DNA of 64,000 bases from Methanobacteriota archaeon (GTDB taxonomy: Archaea; Thermoplasmatota; E2; DHVEG-1). This document shows, piece by piece, positions 38,598 through 48,121 of this stretch. The position numbers were made by a program, and so were the translations under genes. Below the pieces are notes generated by a model, which was not told the DNA's origin, searched no databases, and was given only the letters and a program-made list of their open reading frames with translations. The stretch is taken from the NCBI GenBank assembly GCA_963769885.1, contig CAVYNH010000006.1:128001-192000 (forward strand), given 5' to 3'. The first letter of the stretch is position 1, and each line of letters opens with the position of its first letter.

Positions 38598-39656
38598 ATG
38601 GTTACCAAGCGTTTCAAATGCCCTTCTTGTGGCGAAATCGCCGCTTTCTCGGCGACCCCCGGCGAAGAACTCGTCGTCACCTGCCCATCCTGCAAGATGA
38701 GCGGTAAGATTCGCTTTCCAGCAGAACACGATGCATCTTATGCCATCGAGGTTTCCCATCTCAAGAAAGTCTACGGCGACCTCATCGCAGTCAATGACAT
38801 CTCCTTTCAGGTTCGCAAAGGGGAAATCTTCGCCTTCCTCGGACCTAACGGTGCCGGGAAAACGACCACCGTTGAGATTATCGAATCCATCAGGGAGCCG
38901 ACGGCAGGGGCCGTTACACTCCTGGGAATAGAAATCAAGACCGGGTTCAATAAGATCAAAGAGCGCATCAGCATCCTGCCACAAGAGTTTCATTCCTTTG
39001 AACGGTTCACCGTTCGGGAGACTCTTGAGTACTTCTCTCACCTGTATCAGAAGCGGGCAGACATCGATGCAATCATCGACGCCATGAATTTGGAATCCCA
39101 TGAGAAGATGCTGTATCGGAATCTATCCGGCGGGTTGAAGCAGCGGGTGGGCGTCGCCCTTTCACTCATCAACGACCCGGACATTGTTTTCCTTGATGAG
39201 CCGACCACGGGGTTAGATCCCAAAGCCCGCCGCGAAGTCTGGCAAGTGATTGCGAATTTACGAGCACAGGGCAAGACCGTGTTCTTGACGACCCATTATA
39301 TGGAAGAGGCTGAGTTCCTCGCAGACCATATCGCCATCATCCACAAAGGCCGGATTATCGCTGAGGGTTCGCTTGATGAACTAATCACCAAGCACGGCCA
39401 TGGCAGCGTGCTGCGTATTCAGGGCTGTTCGTCGCCCGATGCTATCGAAATCCTCAAAGAACAAGGGTACGAGGCGCGGTCAGAGGGGAATGGGAATCTC
39501 GCGGTGACCATTACCTACAAGGATCGGGTCCTCGATGTGCTTTCGACGCTGCGTCATGCGGCTGTTGAATATGAAAGCATCGAGATTCGTCGGTCGAACC
39601 TCGAGGAAGTGTTCCTGTCCTTGACGGGGGCGAAGCTGCTGGAGGCAGAGGCATGA
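38598..39656 (+). CDS. ABC transporter ATP-binding protein with an N-terminal zinc ribbon
   Basis: CPSC...CPSC, then GPNGAGKTT, LSGG, LDEPT and TTHYMEEA. Confidence 0.92.
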   Translation: MVTKRFKCPSCGEIAAFSATPGEELVVTCPSCKMSGKIRFPAEHDASYAIEVSHLKKVYGDLIAVNDISFQVRKGEIFAFLGPNGAGKTTTVEIIESIREPTAGAVTLLGIEIKTGFNKIKERISILPQEFHSFERFTVRETLEYFSHLYQKRADIDAIIDAMNLESHEKMLYRNLSGGLKQRVGVALSLINDPDIVFLDEPTTGLDPKARREVWQVIANLRAQGKTVFLTTHYMEEAEFLADHIAIIHKGRIIAEGSLDELITKHGHGSVLRIQGCSSPDAIEILKEQGYEARSEGNGNLAVTITYKDRVLDVLSTLRHAAVEYESIEIRRSNLEEVFLSLTGAKLLEAEA

Positions 39657-40762
39657 ACTTTCGGATTGTGGGCATGGATGTCTTCTATAGCATAAAGAGC
39701 TGGTGGCGGAGCAAGGGCACCGTCTTTTGGTCGCTGTTGTTTCCCATCATGCTTATCCTTATTTTCGGTGCGATTTTCTCGAATACTGGCAGTACAAATT
39801 ATTCGTTGTATATTCAAGATCTTGACCATTCAGCGATGTCGTCACAGTTACTGAAGATCATGAATGATACCGGCGTGTTGAAGCTCACCATGGTCAGTGA
39901 TTCGGAAAACGCCACCGATTACATCAAGGCGAACAATATCCAATGCTTCCTCGTCATCCCGGAAGGATATCAGCAGCGTATCAATCAGTCGTTTGTCAAT
40001 CCAGCGTCGACGGTGAATCTGACGTTTTATTACGATCCATCGCAGTCGACATCAACGGAGGTCGTGCGCAGTGTCATCTCGAATATTTTGCAGACGATGA
40101 ACATGCGTATGTCGAATGGCCGGAACATCGTCGGTCTTTCGACGCAGAGTTCGATAACGAATAATTTCAATTACATCGATTTTTTCGTCCCTGGGATGAT
40201 CGGGTTTACGATCATGCAGCAGGCGATCTACGGAAGTATCGAGCGGAACACGAAGTACCGCAAGGACGGGATCTTGCGGAAGCTGCTGACGACGCCGATT
40301 ACGCGGTCTGAATGGATCCTGGCGAAGATGGTGTTCATGTTGTTCCTGTCCTTTTTAACGACGGCGATTTCAATCGTGGTCGGCGTCCTTGTGTGGGGCT
40401 TGCATGTGAACATCACGCCGCTGATGATTTTGACGGTGATCACCACGAGTTTTATGTTCTCCGGCATCGGGATGATCATCGGCCGGTTCGTCAAGGAAGA
40501 AGAGACGGCTGATATGGCGGCCGGGGCGATCAGTTTCCCGATGATGTTCCTGGCGGGGACGTTCTTCCCGTTGGCAATGATGCCAGGGTTCCTGCAGGTG
40601 GTCGCACAGGTGTTACCGCTGTATTATGTGAACGAGGCATTACGCAACTCCATGATTTACATGAACACGTCGCTGGCATTCACGAACGCGATGATCGTCT
40701 TAGTCTTCGCAGTGGTATTCTTCGTGGTCGGCGTCGTGTTGACGAAGTGGCGGGAAGACTAA
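39653..40762 (+). CDS. ABC-2 type permease
   Basis: FW.LLFP..L..IFG, extracellular loop, FFVPG and multiple C-terminal TMs. Confidence 0.9.
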   Translation: MNFRIVGMDVFYSIKSWWRSKGTVFWSLLFPIMLILIFGAIFSNTGSTNYSLYIQDLDHSAMSSQLLKIMNDTGVLKLTMVSDSENATDYIKANNIQCFLVIPEGYQQRINQSFVNPASTVNLTFYYDPSQSTSTEVVRSVISNILQTMNMRMSNGRNIVGLSTQSSITNNFNYIDFFVPGMIGFTIMQQAIYGSIERNTKYRKDGILRKLLTTPITRSEWILAKMVFMLFLSFLTTAISIVVGVLVWGLHVNITPLMILTVITTSFMFSGIGMIIGRFVKEEETADMAAGAISFPMMFLAGTFFPLAMMPGFLQVVAQVLPLYYVNEALRNSMIYMNTSLAFTNAMIVLVFAVVFFVVGVVLTKWRED

Positions 40763-42813
40763 CCGAACTGGCTGAAGTCGGTATCCTTGAAGAAGCTGAG
40801 GTTGAGCAGCGCCCAATCGTTGTGGCCGTTTCTCCCGTGGGAACCGTCAGAATAGTCGGGGACGAGGTAGGTGAAGTGGTAGTTCATGCAGCTGCGGTAG
40901 TTGTGGAACTCCCAGAACCCACGTTCCGATACCTTGACTGAGCAGCCGTTGTCGATGCCGCCAAACACGGCCGCGACGAGGCCGAAGGAGTGACCTAGCT
41001 CATGGAAGGCGCCGGTGAACATGAGCCAGTCCCGAGGGAAGCCTGCATGTTTGTCTTTGAGTTGTTGGCAGCCGATGGCGAAGGAGTCGAGGTTGCCCCA
41101 GCCAATGAAGGCGAAACCGCCGTACTCGGTTTTATCGCAGAAAAGCCCATAGTGGAAGACTCCTTCACGGGGGTTGTCGAGGTCGCCGTTCAGGAAGTGG
41201 TCCCAGTACCGGTCCATGATGTCTTCATAGGTGAGGATGGGGGCACCGGGGAGTTCTTCGCCGCCGCCGAGTTGCCCGGCGTCGATGTGCAGGGTAATGT
41301 TGTGGTCGGCGAATACGGCAGAGAAGCGGTCGAGGTTGCGCGTCGATATCTTGTTGCTGGCGTTGGCGTACGTGGAGGTGAGCCAGTCGATTTCGAGGAA
41401 GACGTCTTTGTGGAAGGGATTGGAGCCCATGGCGTCGGTGAAGCATTCCTGCAGATTGGTGAGGCCGTCGCCGTCAGAATCAAGATGGGCATGGTCGTCG
41501 TAAGTGAGCGGGTCGTAGCCCCATTTCGTCTCCCACCAGTCTGGTGCGCCGTCGCCGTCGGTGTCTCCGCCGGGCAGGGTCAACCGCGGGGAGTAGGCGT
41601 CGGGATGTTCAGGGGTGATGAAGACGGAGGCGATGTCCCAGGTGGCACCGGTTTGCGTTGGTGCTTTAAGGAGCCAGGGGAAATAGCGAATCTTGCCTAG
41701 TGCGAGGGTGACGCGGTCCGCGCGTCTGGAGTAGCTGTTATAGGTGGGCCCGAGGGGTGAACCCCACCAGTTGTTTCTGGCGTCCGCGGTAGTGTCCTTG
41801 GCGTAGAACCCGTAATTGGTGGTGTTTTCAAAGAGGTTGTTCGTGAGGTTCAGGGAGCTGGATTCTGGGTAGATTGCGTTTCTAAGGTTGTTGGTGAAGC
41901 TGCAGTTTTTGATAGTAATGGCCGTGGTGTTGGTGAAGTGGAGGCTGGTGTGGGTGTTTTTGTGGAAGGTGGTGTGGGTAATGGTGATGGCGGTGCTGCT
42001 TTTGATCCAGGCGCCCATCCCGTTGTTGGTGAAGATGGAGTTGTTGATGATGGTGTCAGTGGTGTTGTGGAGGATGATGCCGCCTTGGTTGTCGTTGTTG
42101 TCGTTGAAGGCGCAGGCGGTGATATAAAGATCTGTAGTGTAGGTTCCCATGAGGCCGATGCTGTTGGTGTGGAGGTGGGTGGTGTTGAGGGTGGTGTGTG
42201 TGGTGTGTTGGAGGTCAATGGCGATGGCGTTGCGGTAGGCTGCGGTGTGGTCGATGGTGATGTGGTCGCTGTCTACAGCATGGATGCCTTGTTGGTTTTT
42301 GTGGATCATGCAGTGGGTGATGGTGAGGTCGGTGTGGTTGGTGATGGTGATGCCGATGCGGTGTCGGTAGATGTTGCAGCCGGTGATAGTGGTATGGTTG
42401 GCGTGGATATCGATGGCGGCGGTGTTGGGTCGTGCCGCGGAGTTTTGGAATGTGAGGTCGGTGAGGGTGGTGTGGTCTGCGGTGATGGTGGTGATGGTGC
42501 CGGTGCCGTTGGTGGTGACGATAGTGGTGTTGCGGTCGCTGCCTTGGATGTGGAGGGTGGTGGTGATGGTGAGGTGTTCGTGGTAGGTGCCGGGGAGGAT
42601 GTAGATGGTGTCGTTGGTGGTGGCGTTGGTGATGGCGTCGGTGATGTGTTGGTAGGGGTGTTCGGGGGTGCCGTTCCAGGGTCCTTGGGTGTTGGTGATG
42701 TCGACGTAGAGGGTGGTGGGGGGGGGTGCGGGGGTGGCGGTGGTGGTGAGGGCGGGGGTGGTGAGGAGAAGGAGGATGGCGATGCTGAGGAGGTGTTTTG
42801 GCGTGGTGGTCAC
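40759..42813 (-). CDS. secreted right-handed beta-helix protein with Ca-binding repeats and a zinc-peptidase-like domain
   Basis: GTPEHPY..I.DAI, PbH1-like repeats, NWWG, DTDGDG/DSDGDG, HELGH..GL and SCMNY. Confidence 0.8.
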   Translation of the reverse strand: MTTTPKHLLSIAILLLLTTPALTTTATPAPPPTTLYVDITNTQGPWNGTPEHPYQHITDAITNATTNDTIYILPGTYHEHLTITTTLHIQGSDRNTTIVTTNGTGTITTITADHTTLTDLTFQNSAARPNTAAIDIHANHTTITGCNIYRHRIGITITNHTDLTITHCMIHKNQQGIHAVDSDHITIDHTAAYRNAIAIDLQHTTHTTLNTTHLHTNSIGLMGTYTTDLYITACAFNDNNDNQGGIILHNTTDTIINNSIFTNNGMGAWIKSSTAITITHTTFHKNTHTSLHFTNTTAITIKNCSFTNNLRNAIYPESSSLNLTNNLFENTTNYGFYAKDTTADARNNWWGSPLGPTYNSYSRRADRVTLALGKIRYFPWLLKAPTQTGATWDIASVFITPEHPDAYSPRLTLPGGDTDGDGAPDWWETKWGYDPLTYDDHAHLDSDGDGLTNLQECFTDAMGSNPFHKDVFLEIDWLTSTYANASNKISTRNLDRFSAVFADHNITLHIDAGQLGGGEELPGAPILTYEDIMDRYWDHFLNGDLDNPREGVFHYGLFCDKTEYGGFAFIGWGNLDSFAIGCQQLKDKHAGFPRDWLMFTGAFHELGHSFGLVAAVFGGIDNGCSVKVSERGFWEFHNYRSCMNYHFTYLVPDYSDGSHGRNGHNDWALLNLSFFKDTDFSQFG

Positions 42814-42971
42814 CTGGTGTGTGTTTGGATATGTGTGTTTTTATATTAATGCTTTCTTAGTGTGTGGAGGGGTGTGAAAATTGGGTTCGAGACCGATAAT
42901 TATTTAAGTTTATAGATATAATATAGTTATTGGCACTTGCTAGCATATGGCAGCAAGGGGGATTTGATCCT

Positions 42972-43094
42972 ATGATGAGACTCGTCGGCACGGTTGCGAA
43001 TGAGGATGAGCATCGGGAGCTGAGGTTCATCGCTGAGGTGTCGATCTTGGGTGATCGCATTCGCTCGCTTGCCCGTCAGCAGCGGAAAAAGTAG
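42972..43094 (+). CDS. candidate 40-aa small protein (not in the ORF track)
   Basis: MMRLVGTVANEDEHRELRFIAEVSILGDRIRSLARQQRKK; AAGGGGGA SD-like sequence and AT-rich boxes upstream. Confidence 0.4.
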   Translation: MMRLVGTVANEDEHRELRFIAEVSILGDRIRSLARQQRKK

Positions 43095-43105
43095 CAGGGG
43101 CTTTA

Positions 43106-43348
43106 TTAGCCTTCGAGGCTTTTGGTGCCGATGAGGGTTTTGGTGTCGACGACGCCTTTTGTTGATCGGATTTTATTGATGACGATGTTACCGATGGTGT
43201 CGATGTCTTTTGCCTGGATCTTGACGAGGATGTCGTATTCTCCGAAGAGGGGGTGGACTTCGACAACCTCGGGGATGCTGGTGAGGTGTTCGTAGACGGT
43301 TTTTTCATGGAGGGGGCTGATGCTGAGGAGCGCGAATCCTGTTGCCAT
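43106..43348 (-). CDS. stand-alone Lrp/AsnC ligand-binding (RAM) domain protein
   Basis: EVHPLFGEYDILVKI and IRSTKGVVDTKTL; no HTH. Confidence 0.88.
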   Translation of the reverse strand: MATGFALLSISPLHEKTVYEHLTSIPEVVEVHPLFGEYDILVKIQAKDIDTIGNIVINKIRSTKGVVDTKTLIGTKSLEG

Positions 43349-43501
43349 GCGCTTGGAAATCTTGTGGTGCGATAAAAACGTATGCTTTAGGCGTACCTCT
43401 GGGCGACGGGGCGGGGTTTTTCTGAGGCAGAGGGGGTGTCTGGCTGTTGGAAGAACAGCTTGATTTTGCTGTTCGATCTTGTCGGCTTGTCTTTCCATTT
43501 C

Positions 43502-44092
43502 TCACAGCAGCGCCGGGAGTTCGGCGAGGGAATGGATGATCTGGTCCGCCGGAATATTGAGGCCGATGACGCGGCAGCCGGCGGCGTGGCCGGCGAGGAC
43601 GTCGTTGACGGTGTCGCCGATGAGGATCACGCGTGCGGGGGCGACGTTGAGGCGTGCGCAGGCGGTGTAGATGAGCTCGGGGTCGGGTTTGCCTTTGGCG
43701 ACGTCGTCGCTGGTGATGACTGCCTCGAAAAAGGAGGTGAGGTGGAAACGGGAGAGGATCTGGTCGACGCAGAGTCGGGGGGAGTTGGTGATGACGGCCT
43801 TGCGGTACTGCGGGAGCTGCTCCAGTGTCGGTTTTGTGGTATCATAGAGTCTGGTGCAGTCGAGGTACTGGGCGTAAATCTGGTTGCAGAACGGGCCGAT
43901 GGCTTCGGGGAGGCCGAGTTTTTTGAGGTTGTCGTAGAGGTCGTGGCCCCAGAACTGGTGGATGAACTGGGGCCGGGTGAGGGCGGGGTGGTGGAAGGCT
44001 TCGAGGGCGGCGTTGAGGGCGTGCCACCAGGAGTCGAGGGAGTCAACGAGGACGCCGTCCATGTCAAAGAGCAGGGCGTCGGCTGTGGTCAT
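43502..44092 (-). CDS. HAD-family phosphatase
   Basis: Motifs FDMDGVLVDS, ITN, KPDP and IGDTVND. Confidence 0.9.
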   Translation of the reverse strand: MTTADALLFDMDGVLVDSLDSWWHALNAALEAFHHPALTRPQFIHQFWGHDLYDNLKKLGLPEAIGPFCNQIYAQYLDCTRLYDTTKPTLEQLPQYRKAVITNSPRLCVDQILSRFHLTSFFEAVITSDDVAKGKPDPELIYTACARLNVAPARVILIGDTVNDVLAGHAAGCRVIGLNIPADQIIHSLAELPALL

Positions 44093-44123
44093 GGGTGGTC
44101 CTCGTCAGGTTGGAAAATGGTGG

Positions 44124-44561
44124 TTATTTGACCATCTGGCGGATGCGGCTGATGATCTCGGTTTTTTGTTTCTCGTCGAGGTCCTGATCGAGCCTGGGGT
44201 AGAGGGAGACTTCTTCGAAGGTCTTGTGGCTGAGGAGGAGCTCTTTCATCTCTCTGAAGGGGGTGGGCTGCTGCCACATGATGTTTTTACGTATCGCGGC
44301 GAGGTAGGCGCTGAGTTCGTCGTGTTGTTTCATCAGGTCTGGGATGATCTGGTAGCCTTCGAAGACGTTGGTGGGGGTGTAGGAGGTGAAGATCGCTTTT
44401 TCTTCGGTGAACATGTGTTTCTCGAGTTCCCATTCGAAGGTGTTGAAGACCTTGAGTGTCTCGGTGACTTCTTTGCCGAGGCTGCGTTCGACGTTGGTGA
44501 GGAGCTTGATGATTTTCGCGTGGTCCGCTGTCATAAGTTCGAGGATTGCGGTGGATTTCAT
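44124..44561 (-). CDS. hemerythrin-domain protein
   Basis: DH, HMFTEE, QH and H..FEE..LYP pattern. Confidence 0.8.
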   Translation of the reverse strand: MKSTAILELMTADHAKIIKLLTNVERSLGKEVTETLKVFNTFEWELEKHMFTEEKAIFTSYTPTNVFEGYQIIPDLMKQHDELSAYLAAIRKNIMWQQPTPFREMKELLLSHKTFEEVSLYPRLDQDLDEKQKTEIISRIRQMVK

Positions 44562-44721
44562 GAGAAACGCCTTCTTGGCAGGAAAGAAGACAAGGGGTTT
44601 TATAACGATTCCTCTTGCTTTGGTGGGATTCGACGTCGGGAAGGGGCGTCAATCTGTGCTTATTGAATGTAGAAATATATTAAAATATGGAGAAAGCGAT
44701 ACTTTGGTCTGTCGGGATTGT

Positions 44722-45903
44722 ATGAATGGACAGAGAGGCATTGGTAGGATCTGTTGCTGTTTCGTTTCTGTTTTGTGGTTGACAAGAGTCGCGTCCGTGT
44801 CTTCCTTGGCAATTCCTGATGGTTCACCGAGGGGCATTGTTTATGTTGGAGGAGGCGGCCCTGGTAATTATACAAGGATTCAGGATGGAATCGACGCCGC
44901 GTTACCAGGGGATACAGTATACGTGTTCAATGCGTCCTCGCCGTACCATGAGAACGTCTTCATCAATAAATCAATTCGGTTAATGGGGGAAGATCGACCG
45001 ACCACGATTATCGACGGGGGAATGACAGGAAACGTGGTCTCAATCCTTGCAGACACGGTGCAAATCATGGGTTTCACCATTCAGTTCAGTGGATATTACA
45101 AGAGCGGGGTGGAAGTTTCTGGTTCGCAGTGCGAGATTGCGAATGATACATTCAGGGAGGATTTTTTCGGCGTGTGGGTCAATTCGAATCTGACTTCGAT
45201 CCATGATAACATTTTTGGCGACAACAATGACAGCGTTACTATCTCCTACTTCTCAAACTGTAATCGGATTTTCAGCAATTCGATATATAGTTCAATACAT
45301 GCGATTATGTTGCTTGGTCTTGGGAACAATGTCTCTGAGAATCTCATGTCCTCGAATCGCTGGGGCATCCTGGTGTCTGGGGATATGAACACTATCTATC
45401 ACAATACGATTACGCCCTGTGAGAATACCGGCCTGGAAATCGCGGCGACGAAGACTGCGGTTATTGGAAATACCGTCGAATTGGCTGATACTGGGATTGA
45501 GGTTGGAAGCGAGGCTTCAGACTTGCTCGTGAAATCCAACAACGTGTCGCAGTGCAACTACGGGATTTATCTATGGGGCATCACGGCGAATGCCGCCCTT
45601 GTCACCGAGAATTCTTTCACTGACAGTCTGTTCGGGACATGGGTTTATCAGTGCACAGGGGTAAACATTTCCAAAAACAATTTCAGGGATAATACGGTCA
45701 ATGCGGAGTTCAGGACGTTACCGAAGCTCAGGAATATATGGGCGGAGAATTACTGGGATGACGGCCATGGGAGGCTCCCCTACCGAATTTATGGAAAAAA
45801 TCGGGTGTTTTCATTTGACCATGGCTATTTCCATTTCGAAATCAATCTACCATGGATGAACGTCGACTGGCATCCGGCGACGACGCCCTACAATTTCTCT
45901 TAA
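44722..45903 (+). CDS. secreted NosD/CASH-type right-handed beta-helix protein
   Basis: YVGGGGPGNYTRIQDGID, Y.ENV.I.K, beta-helix repeats, NYW and DWHPA..PY. Confidence 0.8.
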   Translation: MNGQRGIGRICCCFVSVLWLTRVASVSSLAIPDGSPRGIVYVGGGGPGNYTRIQDGIDAALPGDTVYVFNASSPYHENVFINKSIRLMGEDRPTTIIDGGMTGNVVSILADTVQIMGFTIQFSGYYKSGVEVSGSQCEIANDTFREDFFGVWVNSNLTSIHDNIFGDNNDSVTISYFSNCNRIFSNSIYSSIHAIMLLGLGNNVSENLMSSNRWGILVSGDMNTIYHNTITPCENTGLEIAATKTAVIGNTVELADTGIEVGSEASDLLVKSNNVSQCNYGIYLWGITANAALVTENSFTDSLFGTWVYQCTGVNISKNNFRDNTVNAEFRTLPKLRNIWAENYWDDGHGRLPYRIYGKNRVFSFDHGYFHFEINLPWMNVDWHPATTPYNFS

Positions 45904-45906
45904 TCA

Positions 45907-46746
45907 TTATTCAAGCGCAGCGAGCCGGGAGGCGGCCTCAGAGACGTAGACGGGGTCGATGTCGAAGCCAATGAAGGGAAGACGTAGTCTTTTGCTTGCG
46001 ACTGCGGTCGAGCCGCTGCCCATAAAAGGGTCCAGAACGAGTTTGATGCTGGGGAGGCCGTGGAGCCGCAGACACATCTCCGGGAGTTTGTCGGGGAAGA
46101 CGGTGGGGTGGGGGCGGGCGGACTGGATGGTCTCATACGGGATGAACCAGGTATTGCCACGCTCGCGGAGGTCTTGGGTCGCGGTCTTCCAGCGGCCGAT
46201 GTTACTTTTGTCCTGGTAGTGGACGCCGACGGCGTGCTTGTCGAGGGGGACGTCGCCGGTTTTGGTGAAGTGGAAGATGTACTCGTGGCAGCCGCTGAGG
46301 AACTTGGGGCTGTTGACGGGTTGGTAGTGGCCGACCGCGATGTCGTGCTGCATGTGAGGGTAGGCGCCGGCATCGGCTTTAGGGATGGCGATGGATTTGA
46401 CCCAGTGGATGACGTTCTGGAGGATGAAGTGTGGTTTGAAGCGGGCGGCGAGGTCAAGGGGAATCCACTGGTCGGTGGGTTTGCCGCCGATGTTGAGGAA
46501 GAACGAGCCGTGGTCCGTGAGTATGGTTTTGCAGGCGACCGCGACGCCCTCCATCCAATCGAGGTACTCGTCTCTGGGGAGGTTGTCGTCGTGGGTGTGG
46601 TACGGTTTGCCGATGTTGTATGGTGGTGAGGTGACGATGACCTCGGGGTGAAGGTGTTGGGCGGCCATGAGGCGCATACCGGTGAGGCAGTCCATGAGGT
46701 AGATGGTGTTCGGCTGGAGAATGGGGTCAGTGATAGTGTGTTGCAT
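45907..46746 (-). CDS. orphan beta-class N4-cytosine DNA methyltransferase, M.RsaI/M.MjaV-like (predicted target GTAC)
   Basis: Motif IV TSPPY precedes motif I DPFMGSGST. The blocks LQN.IHWVKSI, GHY.P.NS, HEYIFHFTK, YQDKSNI and GNTWFIPYETI resemble M.MjaV as recalled, not as searched. Confidence 0.85.
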   Translation of the reverse strand: MQHTITDPILQPNTIYLMDCLTGMRLMAAQHLHPEVIVTSPPYNIGKPYHTHDDNLPRDEYLDWMEGVAVACKTILTDHGSFFLNIGGKPTDQWIPLDLAARFKPHFILQNVIHWVKSIAIPKADAGAYPHMQHDIAVGHYQPVNSPKFLSGCHEYIFHFTKTGDVPLDKHAVGVHYQDKSNIGRWKTATQDLRERGNTWFIPYETIQSARPHPTVFPDKLPEMCLRLHGLPSIKLVLDPFMGSGSTAVASKRLRLPFIGFDIDPVYVSEAASRLAALE

Positions 46747-46906
46747 ACGAGTGGGCCCTGGTCTTTCTTATTCGATAAGGAATTGTCGTTTAAAAGCCTC
46801 AGGGTCGGGGACTCATCCCGCACGCATTAAATTGATTTAGAATGATGTTTGAAATGTTTTATCGTCATTTTTTAATAGACCCAGTATCTTTGTGGCTGGG
46901 ATTGTG

Positions 46907-47305
46907 ATGAAAGATAAGATGAATGTCAGGAAGTTGAACCCGTTGACGCCGGAGGAGGAGCGGGTTATGGTGGGGAAAGGGACTGAAGCGCCGTTCAGCG
47001 GGGTATACAATGATTTCTTTGAGAAAGGTGTGTATGTGTGTCGGCGGTGCAACACGCCGCTGTATCGGTCGTCCGCGAAGTTTCATTCGAGCTGCGGGTG
47101 GCCGAGTTTCGATGAGGAGATTCCCGGGGCGGTGACGCGGCTCCCTGACCGCGATGGCGAGCGGATCGAGATTGTCTGTACGACCTGCGGTGCGCATCTG
47201 GGTCATGTTTTTCAGGGTGAGCGGTACACCAGGAAAAACACGCGGCATTGCGTTAATTCTTTATCGTTGAAGTTCATCCCGGGGCATGGCAGAGAGTCGC
47301 CGTGA
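46907..47305 (+). CDS. msrB: peptide-methionine (R)-S-oxide reductase
   Basis: Motifs GTEAPF, CGWPSF, HLGHVF and RHCVNS. Confidence 0.95.
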   Translation: MKDKMNVRKLNPLTPEEERVMVGKGTEAPFSGVYNDFFEKGVYVCRRCNTPLYRSSAKFHSSCGWPSFDEEIPGAVTRLPDRDGERIEIVCTTCGAHLGHVFQGERYTRKNTRHCVNSLSLKFIPGHGRESP

Positions 47306-47817
47306 GATCGTGCTCGGGGCCGGCTGTTTTTGGTGCACAGAGGCCGCCTATTCGATGGTCCCCGGGGTCGTGTCGACGATGCCGGGGTACGCGGGTGGGA
47401 TGACAGCTCATCCGAGCTACGAGCAGGTCTGCACCGGGTCGACCGGGCATGCCGAGGTGGTCCGGGTGGAGTACAACCCGGGCCGGGTTTCGCTGGAGGC
47501 GCTGCTGGATGTGTTCATGGCAATCCATGATCCGACGTCGCTGAACCGCCAGGGTGGGGACGTAGGCACGCAGTACCGCTCGGTCATCCTGTATTCGAAC
47601 GAGGAGGACCTTGCGCGGGTCGAGGCGTACTTGCAGAACACGCAGAAGACGTTCAGCCGCCCGCTGGTGACCGAGGTGCAACGTCTTGAGGCGTTCTACC
47701 CGGCGGAGGAGTACCATCGGCAGTACTTCAAGGCGCACCCGAACGAGCTGGTACTGCCGTGTGGTGATCGCGCCGAAGCTGGAGAAGGTCAAAACGCAGG
47801 CGGCGGCGAAGCCGTGA
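47286..47817 (+). CDS. msrA: peptide-methionine (S)-S-oxide reductase with an apparent +1 frameshift at ~47750
   Basis: Motifs GCFWC, GHAE, HDPT..NRQG.D.GTQYRS and AEEYH. Removing one G at 47750/47751 restores YCRVVIAPKLEK. Confidence 0.92.
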
Positions 47818-47927
47818 CCCGTATCGCATTCTTTGGCAGATGTTTCAGGAGATAAAAAGTACCGAACATGCTCGATAGAATTATAAAGGATCCCGAGCTT
47901 TGAAATTGTGGTTGGGGGAGCAAGAAA

Positions 47928-48074
47928 ATGAAAAAGAAAGTGGACGAAGCGTGCGATGTCTGTTGTGTGTGCGGCACGGCATGCGCACAAGATAACATTC
48001 GCCATATTACCATAAAAGGGAAAATACGGAGAATCTGTAAAGAGTGTGCTACCGCGATAAAAGGATTATCGTAG
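47928..48074 (+). CDS. 48-aa Cys-rich putative zinc-finger protein (not in the ORF track)
   Basis: MKKKVDEACDVCCVCGTACAQDNIRHITIKGKIRRICKECATAIKGLS; GGGGAG SD upstream. Confidence 0.65.
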   Translation: MKKKVDEACDVCCVCGTACAQDNIRHITIKGKIRRICKECATAIKGLS

Positions 48075-48121
48075 CGTCTGTGTTGGCATAGAAAAGGAAG
48101 AGGTATCGGGGAGGAGAATAT

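Noticed and set aside
41900-42800. GGT/GTG-rich stretch resembling a tandem repeat or array
   Set aside because: It is coding sequence of a Thr/His-rich beta-helix under strong skew, with no fixed repeat unit or spacers.
44386-44721. Long N-terminal extension of the beta-helix ORF
   Set aside because: It overlaps the hemerythrin gene antisense, and the signal peptide begins at ATG 44722.
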